Shown piece after piece: positions 41,742 to 55,290 of a stretch of DNA of 64,000 nucleotides. The stretch spans positions 30,981,958-31,045,957 of the forward strand of contig NC_068986.1 in NCBI RefSeq assembly GCF_001194135.2, read 5' to 3'. The position numbers and the translations under genes were made by a program. This DNA is from Octopus bimaculoides. Taxonomy: Eukaryota. The first letter of the stretch is position 1; the number at the start of each line of letters is the position of its first letter. Below the pieces are notes generated by a model. It had not been told where the DNA came from and did no database searches. It saw only the letters and a list, made by a program, of their open reading frames with translations.

Positions 41742-41831
<90 letters not shown>
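41742..41831. repeat. (AAT)30 microsatellite forming the tail of a SINE family B copy
   Basis: Direct reading. Confidence 0.98.
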
Positions 41832-41832
41832 T

Positions 41833-42705
41833 TCAAATTTTGGCACAAGGCCAGCAAATTCAGAGAAGGGAATGAGTCAATGGTACTTATTTTAGCAACC
41901 CTGAAAGAATGAATGGCAAAGTTGACCTCAGCAGAATTTGAACTCAGAATGTAAAGATGGACGAAATGCTGCTAAGCATTTTGCCTGGCGTGCTAACGAT
42001 TCTGTCAGCTCGCCACCTTATCAATAATAATAATAATAATAATAATAATGATGATGATGATGGCTTCTGATTTAGGTATAAGGCCAGCTATTTTGAGAGA
42101 GGGTTGTTACTACTGACTCCAGTATTTGATGGTAATTTATTTTCGCCAATGCGAGAGGAACAAATGATAATGTTGACCTGAACAGGATTTGAACTCAGTA
42201 TGTAAAGAATTGGAAAAAGTACAGCAAAATATTATACAGCATTCTAATGATATACATCCTTAAAAACAATAATTCGTTTTAATTTAGGAACAAGGATAGA
42301 AATTTTTAAGGGTGGGGGTTACTTGATTACATTGACTTGGGTATTTCTCTACTAATTCATTTTATTAACCCTGGAGGGATAAAAGACAAAGTTGACCTTG
42401 GTGGGATTTGAACTTAGAATGTAAATACCTTGCATTTTTTTCCAACACCCGAATGATTCTGCCAAGTCATTCCTCTAAGAATAATAATCGCAATAATGGT
42501 TACTGTCTTAGTTAGGCACTAAGTTAGCCAGCAATTTTTGGGGTGAGGTGAGGTGATTAACTAAATGCTACTGACCCCAGCACTTGACCCCAACACAGGC
42601 AGGGTGAAAGGCAAAACTGACCTAGGCAGGAAGTGAACACATAACTTAAAGAGTCAGAAGAAATGCTGCAAAGCATTCTGCCCGTGCTAATGATTCTGTC
42701 AATTC
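41833..42705 (-). mobile_element. Head-to-tail array of four SINE family B copies separated by (AAT)n/(GAT)n
   Basis: The module GGCAAAGTTGACCT..GGA(A/T)TTTGAACT..GAATGTAA...AAGCATTT..TGCTAA(C/T)GATTCTG recurs at about 41833-42020, 42063-42260, 42285-42478 and 42500-42705. Confidence 0.8.
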
Positions 42706-42711
42706 ATTGCA

Positions 42712-42731
42712 GCAGCACCAGCACCAGCACC

Positions 42732-42820
<89 letters not shown>
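42712..42820. repeat. Compound trinucleotide tract (GCA/CCA)n(CTA)n(TAA)n
   Basis: Direct reading. Confidence 0.95.
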
Positions 42821-42821
<1 letters not shown>

Positions 42822-45077
42822 TGTTACATGCAAATAAAATATGTAATTTGCATTTTCTCTCTCTCTCTCTCTCAAAGCCTTTAAATGTAATACTTTCTCA
42901 TTAGATCTCCTCAAACATCTAGAATATTAAGTTGAAAGAGAACAGTAGAGTACAGAGCTATTTTAAGAGTGGGAGTGAAAGTGAGAGGTAGTGAGGTATG
43001 TGTGTGTGTGTGTGCATTCGAGATTATTGATTTTAATTTATCACTGTTAACTACTAGAAAATTTACATTCAAATGAATTTGATTTATTGAATGCTAAATT
43101 CTCAGAACTAAAACTACTCTTAAAATGAGATGTGATAGAACAAATATTTTTAAATTAAATAAATTCCAAGTTTTAACTGCAGATTTTTCTTCTTTTTTCC
43201 TTTTGGTTGTGTCAACATATTTAGTTACACTTATTAATAGTATTGTAGTTGTTTGAATAGAGTATTCTAATATTACTTCTAGCTTTTCAAAGAGAAGTTT
43301 GATGTTAAAATTAGTTACAGTGAATTAAATGGCTGTTCTTTAAAAAAAAAGCCTTGAGCGAACATCTCAATTGGTTCAATAAACAAGGTGTTAGTAACAG
43401 AAATTTCACATCAATACAAACTATGACCAATAAAACTATACTAGATACTCATTTAGGAAACTGGAATATATTTTGGAAGAACAAGAAATAAACAAAAAAG
43501 CAAAGGAAAAGAAAAGAAAGCAATACAAAACTTACAAGTTGACTTGATATCAATTAGTAACTGAGGAACTACTTCCCCCACCCACCCTATTCTATTTCTT
43601 TGATTCTCTTTTCTTCAGAAACACACAGCACAATCACTAGAATAAAACTGCTAACAATCTCTGGAGAGAAACAACAAATGAACTATTTTTGTATTTTCCA
43701 GGAATTTCTATGAGAGGCACTAACTACACTGGCGTATTAAAAGCACTTGGTCATTGACCATTAAAGAAACAAACAAGCAGAATGGCCGTCAGGTAGTCTA
43801 AATAATTATTAATAGTTAGTATATGAACTACTTTTTTTAAAACTAATCGCTTTAATAGTTTGTTCTGTTCTTTTAAGCAATATTTTATTGAATTTTCTTT
43901 TCATTGTCTACTTACATAACCTTATATAGATGAGAAGCTGCAAAGTAATTTTGCTTTTCACATTCAATTCAAATGCAACCACATCCCTATTCAACATATT
44001 CCTATAACCTATTTTAAATTACCTCTTTTTTCTATAACCAGTGAATATTGTATAATAAAGCAGGTTCATTCTCAATAGCAACTTCAATTTAAAACTTCTT
44101 CAATTCAAAAAGCCACTGATCTTCAGTTGACATTTAGTTAGTTGCTATCTTAGGCATAGCATCAACATATTTGTCATACCTTTTACCATCTAAGCATTTG
44201 TTGGAGTATTGATTTTTTTTTCCCTCGTTCAGTATGAAAAATAGCTCTATAATAAAAATAAGAGCTATATTCTGAAAGTCATTTCTTATTCCACTACCCC
44301 CGTACGCAGACGCACTCAGAGAAGACTACTGAGCTTCGAAGGATAGACTCTAAATGCTAATAGCATGACAAACATACCTAGTCACATAACACGGATGGTG
44401 CTACAAAGCAGATCTAGCTATTAAAATTCCTGTTTCAATCAAATATGCTCAGCATAGCAAAATGAATACAGAAAGATGAATGTTGTTGAAATGATAAAAA
44501 TCAATACATATAACCATTCCAGCTGTGTGTACATGACTAGCACATCATTTGACAGTACTGCATACAAGATAAGGAAGGCATCAGTCATTCAAAAGATAGA
44601 ACAATGTGAAGGAAAGGAGTCGGTTGCGCAAAGAAAGCGGACATAGAAACAACAATGGCTATAATGAAAGAAAACATTTTTCTTTGCTTTAACGAGCTCT
44701 ACAATATGTTAGAAGATGAAAAATATTTGCAACATATACACAATCATTTCCTAAATGGTATTGTGTTTATTTATTAGTTATTTAATACATGTTCCCTCAC
44801 TACTTTTGGCTGGATGAATCTGTAAATGATTCTGAAAAATGTTATTTGCATGAATACTTGAGCAAATGTAACTACTCAATTATGGAATAGCAGTATTAGT
44901 AATTCTTCAACTAAGTGGGCTGAAGAAAATCAAATAACACGCCTTACCTAAAGTCATGATCTAATACCTATACAATAAGAGTGAGTTGAAAACATGTGGG
45001 TCAGTTGTCCAGCACCATAATCACACAGACAGCACCTCTACTTCCCATTCCTTGATATTACATATTCTGAACATTAA

Positions 45078-45281
45078 CTCTTTTGTTACCACATTTCTGA
45101 TGAAATACACTGCCTTTGTTTCAATTAATTTTGTAATAACGAAGAACCTAATGAAACAACTGTCATTGTCAAGCCAATGTCTGGAATATAAATTGACATG
45201 AAATTTTGATGGAAGGTTTAATTTAGATCACTTTAAAACAGGAAGTTTGTATCATAGCACCAGGGAAGGTCTCAGGCAGGG
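45078..45281. mobile_element. TTAA-flanked MITE sharing one end with the piggyBac element at 24037
   Basis: TTAA is at 45074-77 and 45282-85. The start CTCTTTTGTTACCACATTTCTGATGAAATACAC..GTTTCAATTAATT parallels 24037 CCCTTTCGTTACTATATTTCTGACCAAAATACAC..GTTTCAATTAAATT. Confidence 0.65.
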
Positions 45282-45817
45282 TTAATGCTATTTAAATATA
45301 ATGATGATAATTTAATTAATAAGTTCTGAGGTCGTAACTCTGTCAAGGATTGAAGGCTTTGGAATAACTTCTTTGAAATGTTTTTTATGGCTTAGGCAGA
45401 AGAGACATGGCAGTAGCACTCATGAACTTTTACAGAGTCACTTTATATATATNNNNNNNNNNNNNNNNNNNNNNNNNNNNNNNNNNNNNNNNNNNNNNNN
45501 NNNNNNNNNNNNNNNNNNNNNNNNNNNNNNNNNNNNNNNNNNNNNNNNNNNNNNNNNNNNNNNNNNNNNNNNNNNNNNNNNNNNNNNNNNNNNNNNNNNN
45601 NNNNNNNNNNNNNNNNNNNNNNNNNNNNNNNNNNNNNNNNNNNNNNNNNNNNNNNNNNNNNNNNNNNNNNNNNNNNNNNNNNNNNNNNNNNNNNNNNNNN
45701 NNNNNNNNNNNNNNNNNNNNNNNNNNNNNNNNNNNNNNNNNNNNNNNNNNNNNNNNNNNNNNNNNNNNNNNNNNNNNNNNNNNNNNNNNNNNNNNNNNNN
45801 NNNNNNNNNNNNNNNNN

Positions 45818-45863
<46 letters not shown>

Positions 45864-45875
45864 TATGTATATATA

Positions 45876-45916
<41 letters not shown>

Positions 45917-46847
45917 AGAGAGAGAGAAGATGGAGGAGGTTATAATTGAAAGTTTGCCATAGAATGGTCTCTACAAGAGGCATCATTGATCAGAGAGCAA
46001 TGATATAAGCTTATAAGTCTATCTGAAAGTTTTCCACTCAGATTTTGTCACCCGAATTTCATTCACAGAGCATTGTCAAGTCAACCTGAGGCTCAGGTAA
46101 AAACACTGATCAAGCTACCACAAAGAAGAACAAACCTGAAACTATGGAGTTGTAAAGCAACTTCTTAACCAAGCAATTATATCTGGAATTTACATGAAGA
46201 AATATCAGTACCTACTAGATAAAAGTTAATTCTTTCCCAAACCACAACAGGTATGGCGGTGTTGTTAAGTTCGCTTCCCAACCATGTAGTTTCAGTTTCA
46301 GTCCCACTGCATGGTACCTTGGGCAAGTGTTTTCTACTATAGCCCTGGGCCAACCAAAACCCTGTGAGTGAATTTGATAGATAGAAACTGAAGGAAGCCC
46401 AACACATGTGTGTATCCTTGTCATTATATGATAGTTGTAAATAAGCATCAACATCATCATCACCCTAGCTTGAAAAAGAATGACCAGCCATGCGGAAATA
46501 CTACCTTGCTTGGAAACGTGATGGTTGGCAACAGGAAAGGCATCTTGACTATAGAAAAATCTGCCAGAACAAATTTCATCTGGCTCATCCAGGCATGGAT
46601 AAGTGGACATACTAGAATATTGCAGGTCATTTTTCACTGGTAGATGTTGTGCCACCTATTTTCAATAGCGACATGAATGCAAGTACTACGGAATAAATAG
46701 TCTTCTGACAAGAGGCACAAGAAAATACCCTAATTTAAAACCCACATGCAGTCAGTATGAAAGCTTATAATTATAATGATAATATACATACATATAATTT
46801 ATAATTACATTTTCACAAAACATACAACTGCTGCTGCTAGCAGTAGC

Positions 46848-46889
<42 letters not shown>

Positions 46890-48146
46890 TTCTAATTTTG
46901 GTTCAAATTTTGAGGAGAGAGGATTAATTGATGCCATTAATCCCAGTACTTGACTGGCACCTTATTTTATCAACCTCAGAGGGACGAAAGATAAAGTTGA
47001 ATGATTCTGCTAAACTAAATGATGATGATAACTTATGTAGGTACAAGGCCAAAAATTGGTTGGAGGGATCAGTCAATAATATCAAAAAGAGTACCATCCT
47101 GTGTTCTGCAAGAATCCTAAGAAAAATTCTTGAGATTTGAGGAGACTTGTCACCAAACCACAAGATAAAATACCTGCTAACTAAATTAGCGTGCAATAGT
47201 AGCAGTAGTAATAATCACTTCTATTATATGCACGAGGCCTGAAATTTGGGGGAGGAAGATAGTTGATTACATCAACCTCAGTACAGGACTGGTGCATACT
47301 TTATGAAATTTGGAACTACAAAAGTGAAAAGTTGGTTCAGACAGACAATAATAATAATAATAATAATAATAATAATTTTCATTTTCAAGCATATATTTGT
47401 CACTTATGACTAATTTAGACTCTATAGAATTTTGAAATTCATTTTAAATTGCAGAAAGTCAAATTTTATACTCCAGTTTATTTATATGTAATTTATACAT
47501 GCAATTACTTGGCTTGAATCAAAACACTTTGAGACATTTTTAGCTAATAAACCTATTCAAAAACTGAAAGCAGTACAGTATTTGTACACCATGAGTTGTA
47601 TACAAAAACACTGATTCATTGATCTTTTTTTTTTATATATACTTCCTCAAAGCTGATGATGATGGTTATTATTATTATTATTATTAGGATATCCTGTGAA
47701 ATCAATAATTCTAACTAACAATATTAAAGCATAAATTTATTCCAATACTAACTCTATAGTGCTGCAAAAACAAAATAATATGTATAAACAAAAAATTTAA
47801 AAAATAATAATAATAATAATAAATGGAGGTCATGTGAAAAGAAAGTATTTATGGATGAAAGCATTCCACCAAATTGAAATAGTCTTCAGTAACACTCAGC
47901 TACTGCCATCAGCCAAAGAATAAAATATACATAGAAATGAAGACAAAATATCTGTTGTTTGTTTGTTTTTACTTTTAATCCAAACCAAGATATATGTAGA
48001 GGTTCGTTCAAGCCCAAATCAATTCCAATATCTTAGAATATATTTTTACACTAAACCATGTTTTTTGAAAGAATGTTTCAATTTTTAGGTAATGTTTTTT
48101 TCATTCAAGTTTTATTAAAATTTTCTGCGCCGTACTTTATTTTTAA

Positions 48147-48181
<35 letters not shown>

Positions 48182-51100
48182 TATGTGCTTAATTTCAAGA
48201 GAGTCTTAATTTAGGACAATGTTTGATGCAGCCAAGTCTATTTAGTGTACAAAAGGATTTTGATGATGAAAATTGTTTTTAAAAAATGACTTTTTTAAAC
48301 TTAACTAGAGATAGCCAGCTGCAAAGTGCTGACAATTTCCACCGACTATTTCCAAAACAATAAACACACTGTAGAGGGGGTAAATGAGAGTGGTGCAGCT
48401 CTGGTTAATCAGAAACAAGCAATTTGTTTTACTCAACACTTTCTTACATAGGTAAGTTTTTATCTTCATAAAAAGGGGAGAAAAAAAGAAAGATTATGTG
48501 ACATTCATCTGTGCCTCACTACATTTCTACAGTGTAAGAAGAATGTTGCAATGTGTTAATGTATGTCAACAGTATGAAAAATGTGAAGGCTAAAGTGTAA
48601 AGAACATGTCAAGCAAAAGCAATGAAGAGAGAATAATTAGGTCGATGTCTAATGCAATAAACGAATATTTATTCGTCTCAGAAAGCTAAAGAAAAAGCAA
48701 AAAAAAACAACCTATAATAGCTATCAATTGTAACTTAACTGAAGAATCAATTGACTGCTTGCGGAATTTTATAGCTAGGAAAATAGCTTCTAGTATCCAT
48801 TTTAAAACTGGGGTATTAAATTTCTCATTAATCACTAAGTACAACAGGCCTTTAGGCCAAAGATTCAAACTTGACTTTAGATAAGTTTATTTATTTATAT
48901 TTATTTATTTATTGTACCTTCAAGCATATTATTGAGTCTACCTAGAAAATGGTCGAATTCTCAGTAAATTAAATAGGTTGATGCTAGGAAAGTCATCCGA
49001 CCATAAAGTAATCCCTACGATAACTTATTTATTCAATCCATACAGCAGAGTAGAATATAAACAAACGAACAAAATAGGAGCAAATGACAGATCAATTAAA
49101 TATATATTTTCCTTTTGAAGTAAATAACAAAACAAAGACGACTTAAACGGCTACAAAAACAGGAAATAGACAATGCTCAAAATGGTAGAGGAAAAGATGA
49201 AAAGTAAGCTGAAGTAAACTTGACATGTATAGCAAACTTTTATGGCTCACTTACACATGATGTGAAAACTTGGAGTATCAGAGCTATCAAAGCAGAGAAG
49301 CTAAACCACAAGATCAATGATGATCATTCATAAACATTTTCCAAATGTAATGAGTAGCATTAAACATAGTATTAATTCCTGATTTTCTTTGATGTCAATA
49401 CAGATCTCATTATCAGATCTTCATCCAGAAAACAAGATAGATGAATAAAATAAATAGCAGCAAAAATAAACAGACTATTTATTGTGGAAAACAACAAAAA
49501 TATTGGTGGAATGCAACGATAAATAAACATCTGAAATTCATTCTCGGTAAGAAAAAAAGGTACTATTAGTAAGTAAACCTAGATAAAATATATAACCGGT
49601 TGTGGTGGTGGCGATGGGGGTGGTAGGGCTGTTGATGAGTCATGTCAGTAACAGTAATCTTATTAGCTGTTACAGAAGCTTCAACGTCTGCGTAAGTACC
49701 CCAGCACTTACTAGAAAGGCAAATCCTCGTAAAACTTAATGTGCTGGGGCCACGTGACTAGAGTCTACTTCCTAGAACAATTATGCTCAGTTGAAAAGAG
49801 TTATCTTCCAACAGCAAGAAACCAAGAAAGAAAAATGACAAACTATGGTTGATAAATTGTTCAGTCATTTCTCTGTCTGTCTGCCTGTCTGTCTGTCTCT
49901 CTTTTATCTCAACCAAATATCTTTGATAAATGGACTAAAATATTTATTCTATCCTGAACATCTAAATATTTAATTTAAAACTTTAATGGATGAATATCTG
50001 TTTTTCAACATTCAATAATACCCTCTTTATTTTGATGACGGCTAAGCCAACTCATATTATTCTCAGTTAACATTATTTATCTACACTAACTCAACAAACT
50101 TAGTGGAATTGGTTAACAGAATTAAGGCAATTAACCAAACATGCAAAACTGAAAGGAAATTAAATATAAGATTTGTGTTGTCATTATCAGGGCTGATCTG
50201 GGCAAGTAGCTTGCTTAACACAAAGGCTGTGTGTCTCTTTGAAATATACATATACACACAGCTAGCATCAGTGAATGCATACTTAAATTAAAGCAATAAA
50301 ATGGAATTGAAATTGTTAACAGAGAAATTTTTAAAGATTTTTACTGAGGGGTACAGCACAATGACAACTGGTGGTAGTGGAACACAAGCAGGAGTTGAAC
50401 ACAGGTAGCAAGGGCCAGTTCACAACTCAAACTTCTGTTGGCAAACATGATAGCTAAATCTCCTTCCTAGCTAGGATTTTGGTCTATTGCAGGTAACTTT
50501 TTTCACAGAAAGAACTGAACTCAGTATTGCAAGCCAACAGACTAACTATGAGTACTTTCCTATTATCAAAAGCCAATTTCATATATACTAAAGGATTTGA
50601 AAATAAACTTTTACACTCATGAGGTAGGTGTAATAGTTGATTGGCAGACTTTTGGAACAGCTATTACTACCTTATAGAGAAGGAAAAGGGCAAAGAATCA
50701 AATCAAATCTAATCCTTTAGTAAATAAGAAATCAACCGACAATAATAGGAAAGTATCCTACATACAATACTAGTGTTTGCAGTGGTGAATTGTACCAATA
50801 GGGATACTTATTTAGAGGTAGGTATTAATAGACAAGTGACTTGGCCATGGTCACATCCTGTCAGCATGAGTGACAGAATGCAAACTTCTGACCTCTCATT
50901 TAGTCACCCAGTACCCTACTGACAAGTTCTGGTGTCAAGAAATACTTGAAGCTAAAAAATTGACATAATTTCAATTTAGATATTCTGTTAAAACTATATT
51001 ATATTAAATCTATTCTTTTAAACAACTCTAAAAGCATCAAAGTTTTGCATTCTCAGAATGATAAAAAAAAAAAAACAAGAGCTTGTGTTCACAAGTAGCC

Positions 51101-51373
51101 TTTGGTTAGGAATAGTTGTCTGAAAGGACATAGACTGCTGTTAGTGCAGCTGCAATTAAACCAGGGTCCTGTATTGTTTGCATGACTATTTCTTAAACTG
51201 GCTACATTTGAAGATGTTATTGTATGTGCAAAATTATGTGTGGTAGAGTATGAAATTTTGATCGTGTTTCTATTAAATTTGTAGTGTTGGGGGAAATGCT
51301 AATCTACGGTCCTAAAGAATGCTTTAGCTATTGGAGATTGAAAAGTAGGTTATGTTTTTTGAAGTAACTGGAG

Positions 51374-51417
<44 letters not shown>

Positions 51418-52686
51418 ATTTTCTCTCTTGAACTGCTTTTCAAGAGTGCTTCATTGTAGTGGCAGGTTGATCCTTTAAAGACCTTTTCATTTAAAAAATA
51501 ATGATGCTAATCTTTGGGAAATATTTTAAACCAGGTTGTTGTTTTTTTTTTGTTTTTTTTTTTTAATTTATGGGTAGTTTAAAACACACCTATTTCTTCA
51601 AACAAATACAGAAATCAAAAGATATCAGTTAACTGGCATAGATCATCATTCAGTCTTTTTAAGTTTCCACACTAATACTTGAACATTCTTTTAGGCTCCT
51701 AGATATGAACACTTCCTGATATATCACATATATTACAAAATGTTCAACAGAAACCTGGTCAAAATGTCAGTCCACCATACAATCTTGTACAAAGAATAGA
51801 CTCTTCAAATGTAGTCAAATTGAATAAATATTCTAAGCATGTCTATCTGTTGTTAGTGAATAGTACAACCTACTCACAGTGAAATGTGAAATACATTATA
51901 AGCATTTACTTTTGAGTATGTTTCTATCGTCTGCCTGCATAACTGTACAACATACATTGTTTGCTGCTAGTTAAAAGCAAAAGCATATCTATTGTAAACA
52001 ACGTAATCCTATAAATTTCTTGTAAATTGTCTTAAGTAAAGCAAAGGAAAAAAATTTCCATTAAACAATTTAGCAATCTTCTAAAAATAAGATAGAAACT
52101 AATGTTGTTTGTATCACCTTTAAATAGCAATATGTGAGAAGTAAATATTTTCATAAATAATTTATATGAAACCTCAAGTGAACTAAATGATCAATGTAAG
52201 CACACACACATAAACAATAACAATATCAATAATAATAATTTCAACACTAGACATTTCAATTACTTAATTATAAGCATTCTTCACCATTACTGTATCATTA
52301 TAAAAATTAACCAAATCATTGTTAGCTTCACTTTAAAAGATAATTTTAAACTACAGACCATACTATATATTGATTATAACATTGGAATTAATTCAGTTCA
52401 ATCTACATGATTAACATATTTTATAAAATAAGTATGCTATCAGGAAAGATGAAATCTAAAATTTGATGGGAGTTTTGCTTTCAGTGCTGCCTCAATGAGT
52501 AGAACTCACTTCTTCCCACAACATTCTAAGTTCAAATTCTGCCAGGATCGACTTTACCTTTCATCCTTTCAGGGTTGATAAAATAAAGTACCAGTCAAAT
52601 ACTGAGGTTGATGTAATTGATTATCCTCCCTCCCTTAAAATTTCAGGCCTTGTGCCTACAGTAGAAAAGTTTATTATTATCATCAT

Positions 52687-53226
52687 TTTCCTTTTAATCT
52701 GCACATCTGATGCAATCAATCACTTGCCAGGTTACATCCAGTGCCCTTGACAAGTGAAGATAGAGAGATGTTTAGATATAACTGAAAGTTTGGGGAAGGA
52801 AAGTGCAGAGGGCAGTACAAAAATACAGTCATATAATAATACAACACAAGAGAAACATTCAAGTTGATAGGGTTTTTCTAAGGATGTGGATGGCACTTAT
52901 CAACACAATCTTTTGCATTTTTGTGAGATATGGTTCTCCTGGGATGTTGTCTAGATGTTTCTGGTATCTCTTTTTTATCATATCAAACCTACAATAATAG
53001 GGACATTTTTTGCTTTAAGATACCACATCTTTTATATTTCAATTTTCAGGTCCTTGTATTTACTAAGCTTTTCAAATTTCTTGAGAAACATATTCTTATC
53101 AGTGGGGACATTTACATCTATCAGTTTACAAGTATTTTCTTCCTTTTCTTTAATAATCATATCTGGTTAATTAGCCTGGATTGTTTTTTCAGTGTTGAAT
53201 GGAAAATGCCAAAGGGTTGTGACTTG

Positions 53227-53228
<2 letters not shown>
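52687..53228 (-). mobile_element. 5'-truncated 3' fragment of an R4/Dong-like LINE (RLE domain plus 3' UTR)
   Basis: Minus-strand translation from 53226 is QVTTLWHFPFNTEKTIQAN*PDMIIKEKEENTCKLIDVNVPTDKNMFLKKFEKLSKYKDLKI...VPIIVG, a typical PD-(D/E)xK RLE segment of R4-clade elements. It is bounded by (ATT)10 at 53231-53260 and by TTATTATTATCATCAT at 52671-52686. Confidence 0.85.
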
Positions 53229-53260
<32 letters not shown>

Positions 53261-53262
<2 letters not shown>

Positions 53263-54040
53263 GACAGTGAGCTAGTAGAATCAATGTGTTAGACAAAATG
53301 CTTAGTGGTATTTTTTCTAGCTCTATATTCAAATCATGCTGAGGTTGGCTTTGCTTTTCATCTTTACAGAGTTGATAAAGTAAACACCTGTTGAGCACTA
53401 GGATCGATGGAATTGATTATACTCCTCTCTTTAAAAACTGCTGGCCTTATACGAAATTGGAAAACATTATTATGTTAATTATGTAGATTCATAAGGTGGC
53501 AAGCTGGTAGAATCAATAGCACATCAGATAAAATGCTTAGCAGCATTTCTTCTGTCTATTTAATTTCTAGGTTCAAATTCCATCAAGGCCAAACAACTTT
53601 GTCTTTCATCCTTTCACGGTTGATAAAATCACAAGTATTGGGAGTGAGGAGGGGATGTAACTGATTTTTCACTGGCCTCTTCACATTTTGAGTTCAAATG
53701 CTGCCGGGGTCAACTTTGCCTTTCATTCTTTCGGGATCAAAAAATTAAGTACCAGTTGAGCACTGGAGTCGATGTAATCAACTAGTCCCCTTCTCCCAAA
53801 TTTTAGGCCTAGTGCCTTTAGTAGAAAGGATTATTATGATGATTAAAGGCAATAAGCTGGCAGAATTATTAAAACGCTGGACAAAATGTTTACATTCTGA
53901 GTTTTATTTCTATCGAGATCAACTTTGCCTTCTATCCTCTTGGGGAATAAAAAAAGTAAATAGCAGTGAAGTTCTGGGGGTGTAACCAACTTGTCCCCAC
54001 CCCTCAAAATTGCTAGCTTTGTGCCAAAATTAGAAAGAAT
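53261..54040 (+). mobile_element. Head-to-tail array of four SINE family B copies. Single copies also at about 4810-4995(-), 14408-14615(-), 46890-47330(-), 52520-52680(+) and 62390-62575(-)
   Basis: Each copy has a tRNA-like head (AGCTGG(C/T)AGAAT ... GTTCAAAT), a body with CTTTGCCTTTCATCCTTTC and an (ATT)n-type tail. Units are at about 53261-53475, 53490-53690, 53690-53840 and 53845-54040. Confidence 0.8.
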
Positions 54041-55252
54041 TCTTATCTTATTTTATTTTATTTTTGCCAAAGGAACTCATCACTAATTTCTTCAGTGTCA
54101 AGCTTTTTTTGTTTTTGTTTTTTTTTTCTTCTTTTCACTATAAAATGAACACTTTGAAAACTATAAATAAAATAAAATTATACAAAAACAAGAAGTAAAA
54201 AAAGAAGCAGATTGCAGATATCACTACAGGAAGCAATAAAGAGAAATGTGTTTATATTAGCAGATTTATTTTGCACTCATCTGACTAAATGCTACCATTC
54301 ATTATGGTGTGATAGACAATTTCTTTTTATTTCAATACCTGCAGTGATCATCAATAAATCAAAAGGGCAATTATGTATTTTATCTTATTTTATTTTATTT
54401 TGCAGTTTGTGAACAAAAGCTAGATTGTTTTTGCTAGAGTCAGTATTAGAGATGGGCAACTTTGCGTGGTACTTAAGTTCAATCATCATAATGCAATTTC
54501 ATTCATTTTTAGTTAATTTTTCTACAGTTTATAAGTTGGGTGGGTGGTAATGAATATAATGAGTAATGAGTAATCACTGCAGTCACTCTATAATTGCATC
54601 AAACATAGAACAACAACAATGGAAACTTTCTCCCAGTTTGGCTCTTAGGTTGTTTTGTATCCTCTTTTTACTCATGCTTTTTCCACACTGATATGAACTG
54701 GACAAGACTATACGAGGCAGTGTTCCACAGTTAGATACCTTTCCTGGTGCCAATGCTTACTTGTTTATCGACCAAGATATTCTATTCCACATTTTTGCAT
54801 GCTGAATTGCTACAAGATATTTTTATGGAAGACATAAATGGCACCAATGCAAAATTGACATCAATAAAAATACACAGATACAACAACCCTCACACCTACA
54901 TATGAATATACATATCAGTAATATTTAACATCCACTTTTCCATGTTTGCATGGGTCAGATGGAATTTGTTGAGGAAAATTTTCTACAGACAAAAGCCCTT
55001 CCTGTCACCAGGCCCTCAACTTTTCCCCATAACCAGACATGTTTTTCATGGGAGACAGGAAACAAACATCATTTGTATGATGGTGATGCTTGTTTACAAC
55101 CAACACAGGATGTCAAGACAAAGACACACACACACACACACACACACACCCATTCAACAGGCTTCCTTCAGTTTCTGAGTTTTCATCAACAAAATCCATT
55201 CACATCGCTTTGGTCAGCCTGGGCTATAGAAAACACTTGCCCAAGATGTTGT

Positions 55253-55290
<38 letters not shown>

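Noticed and set aside
41833-42705. Regularly spaced repeats superficially like a CRISPR or satellite array
   Set aside because: The units are about 200-nt diverged SINE copies in eukaryotic DNA, with no repeat-spacer structure and no cas genes.
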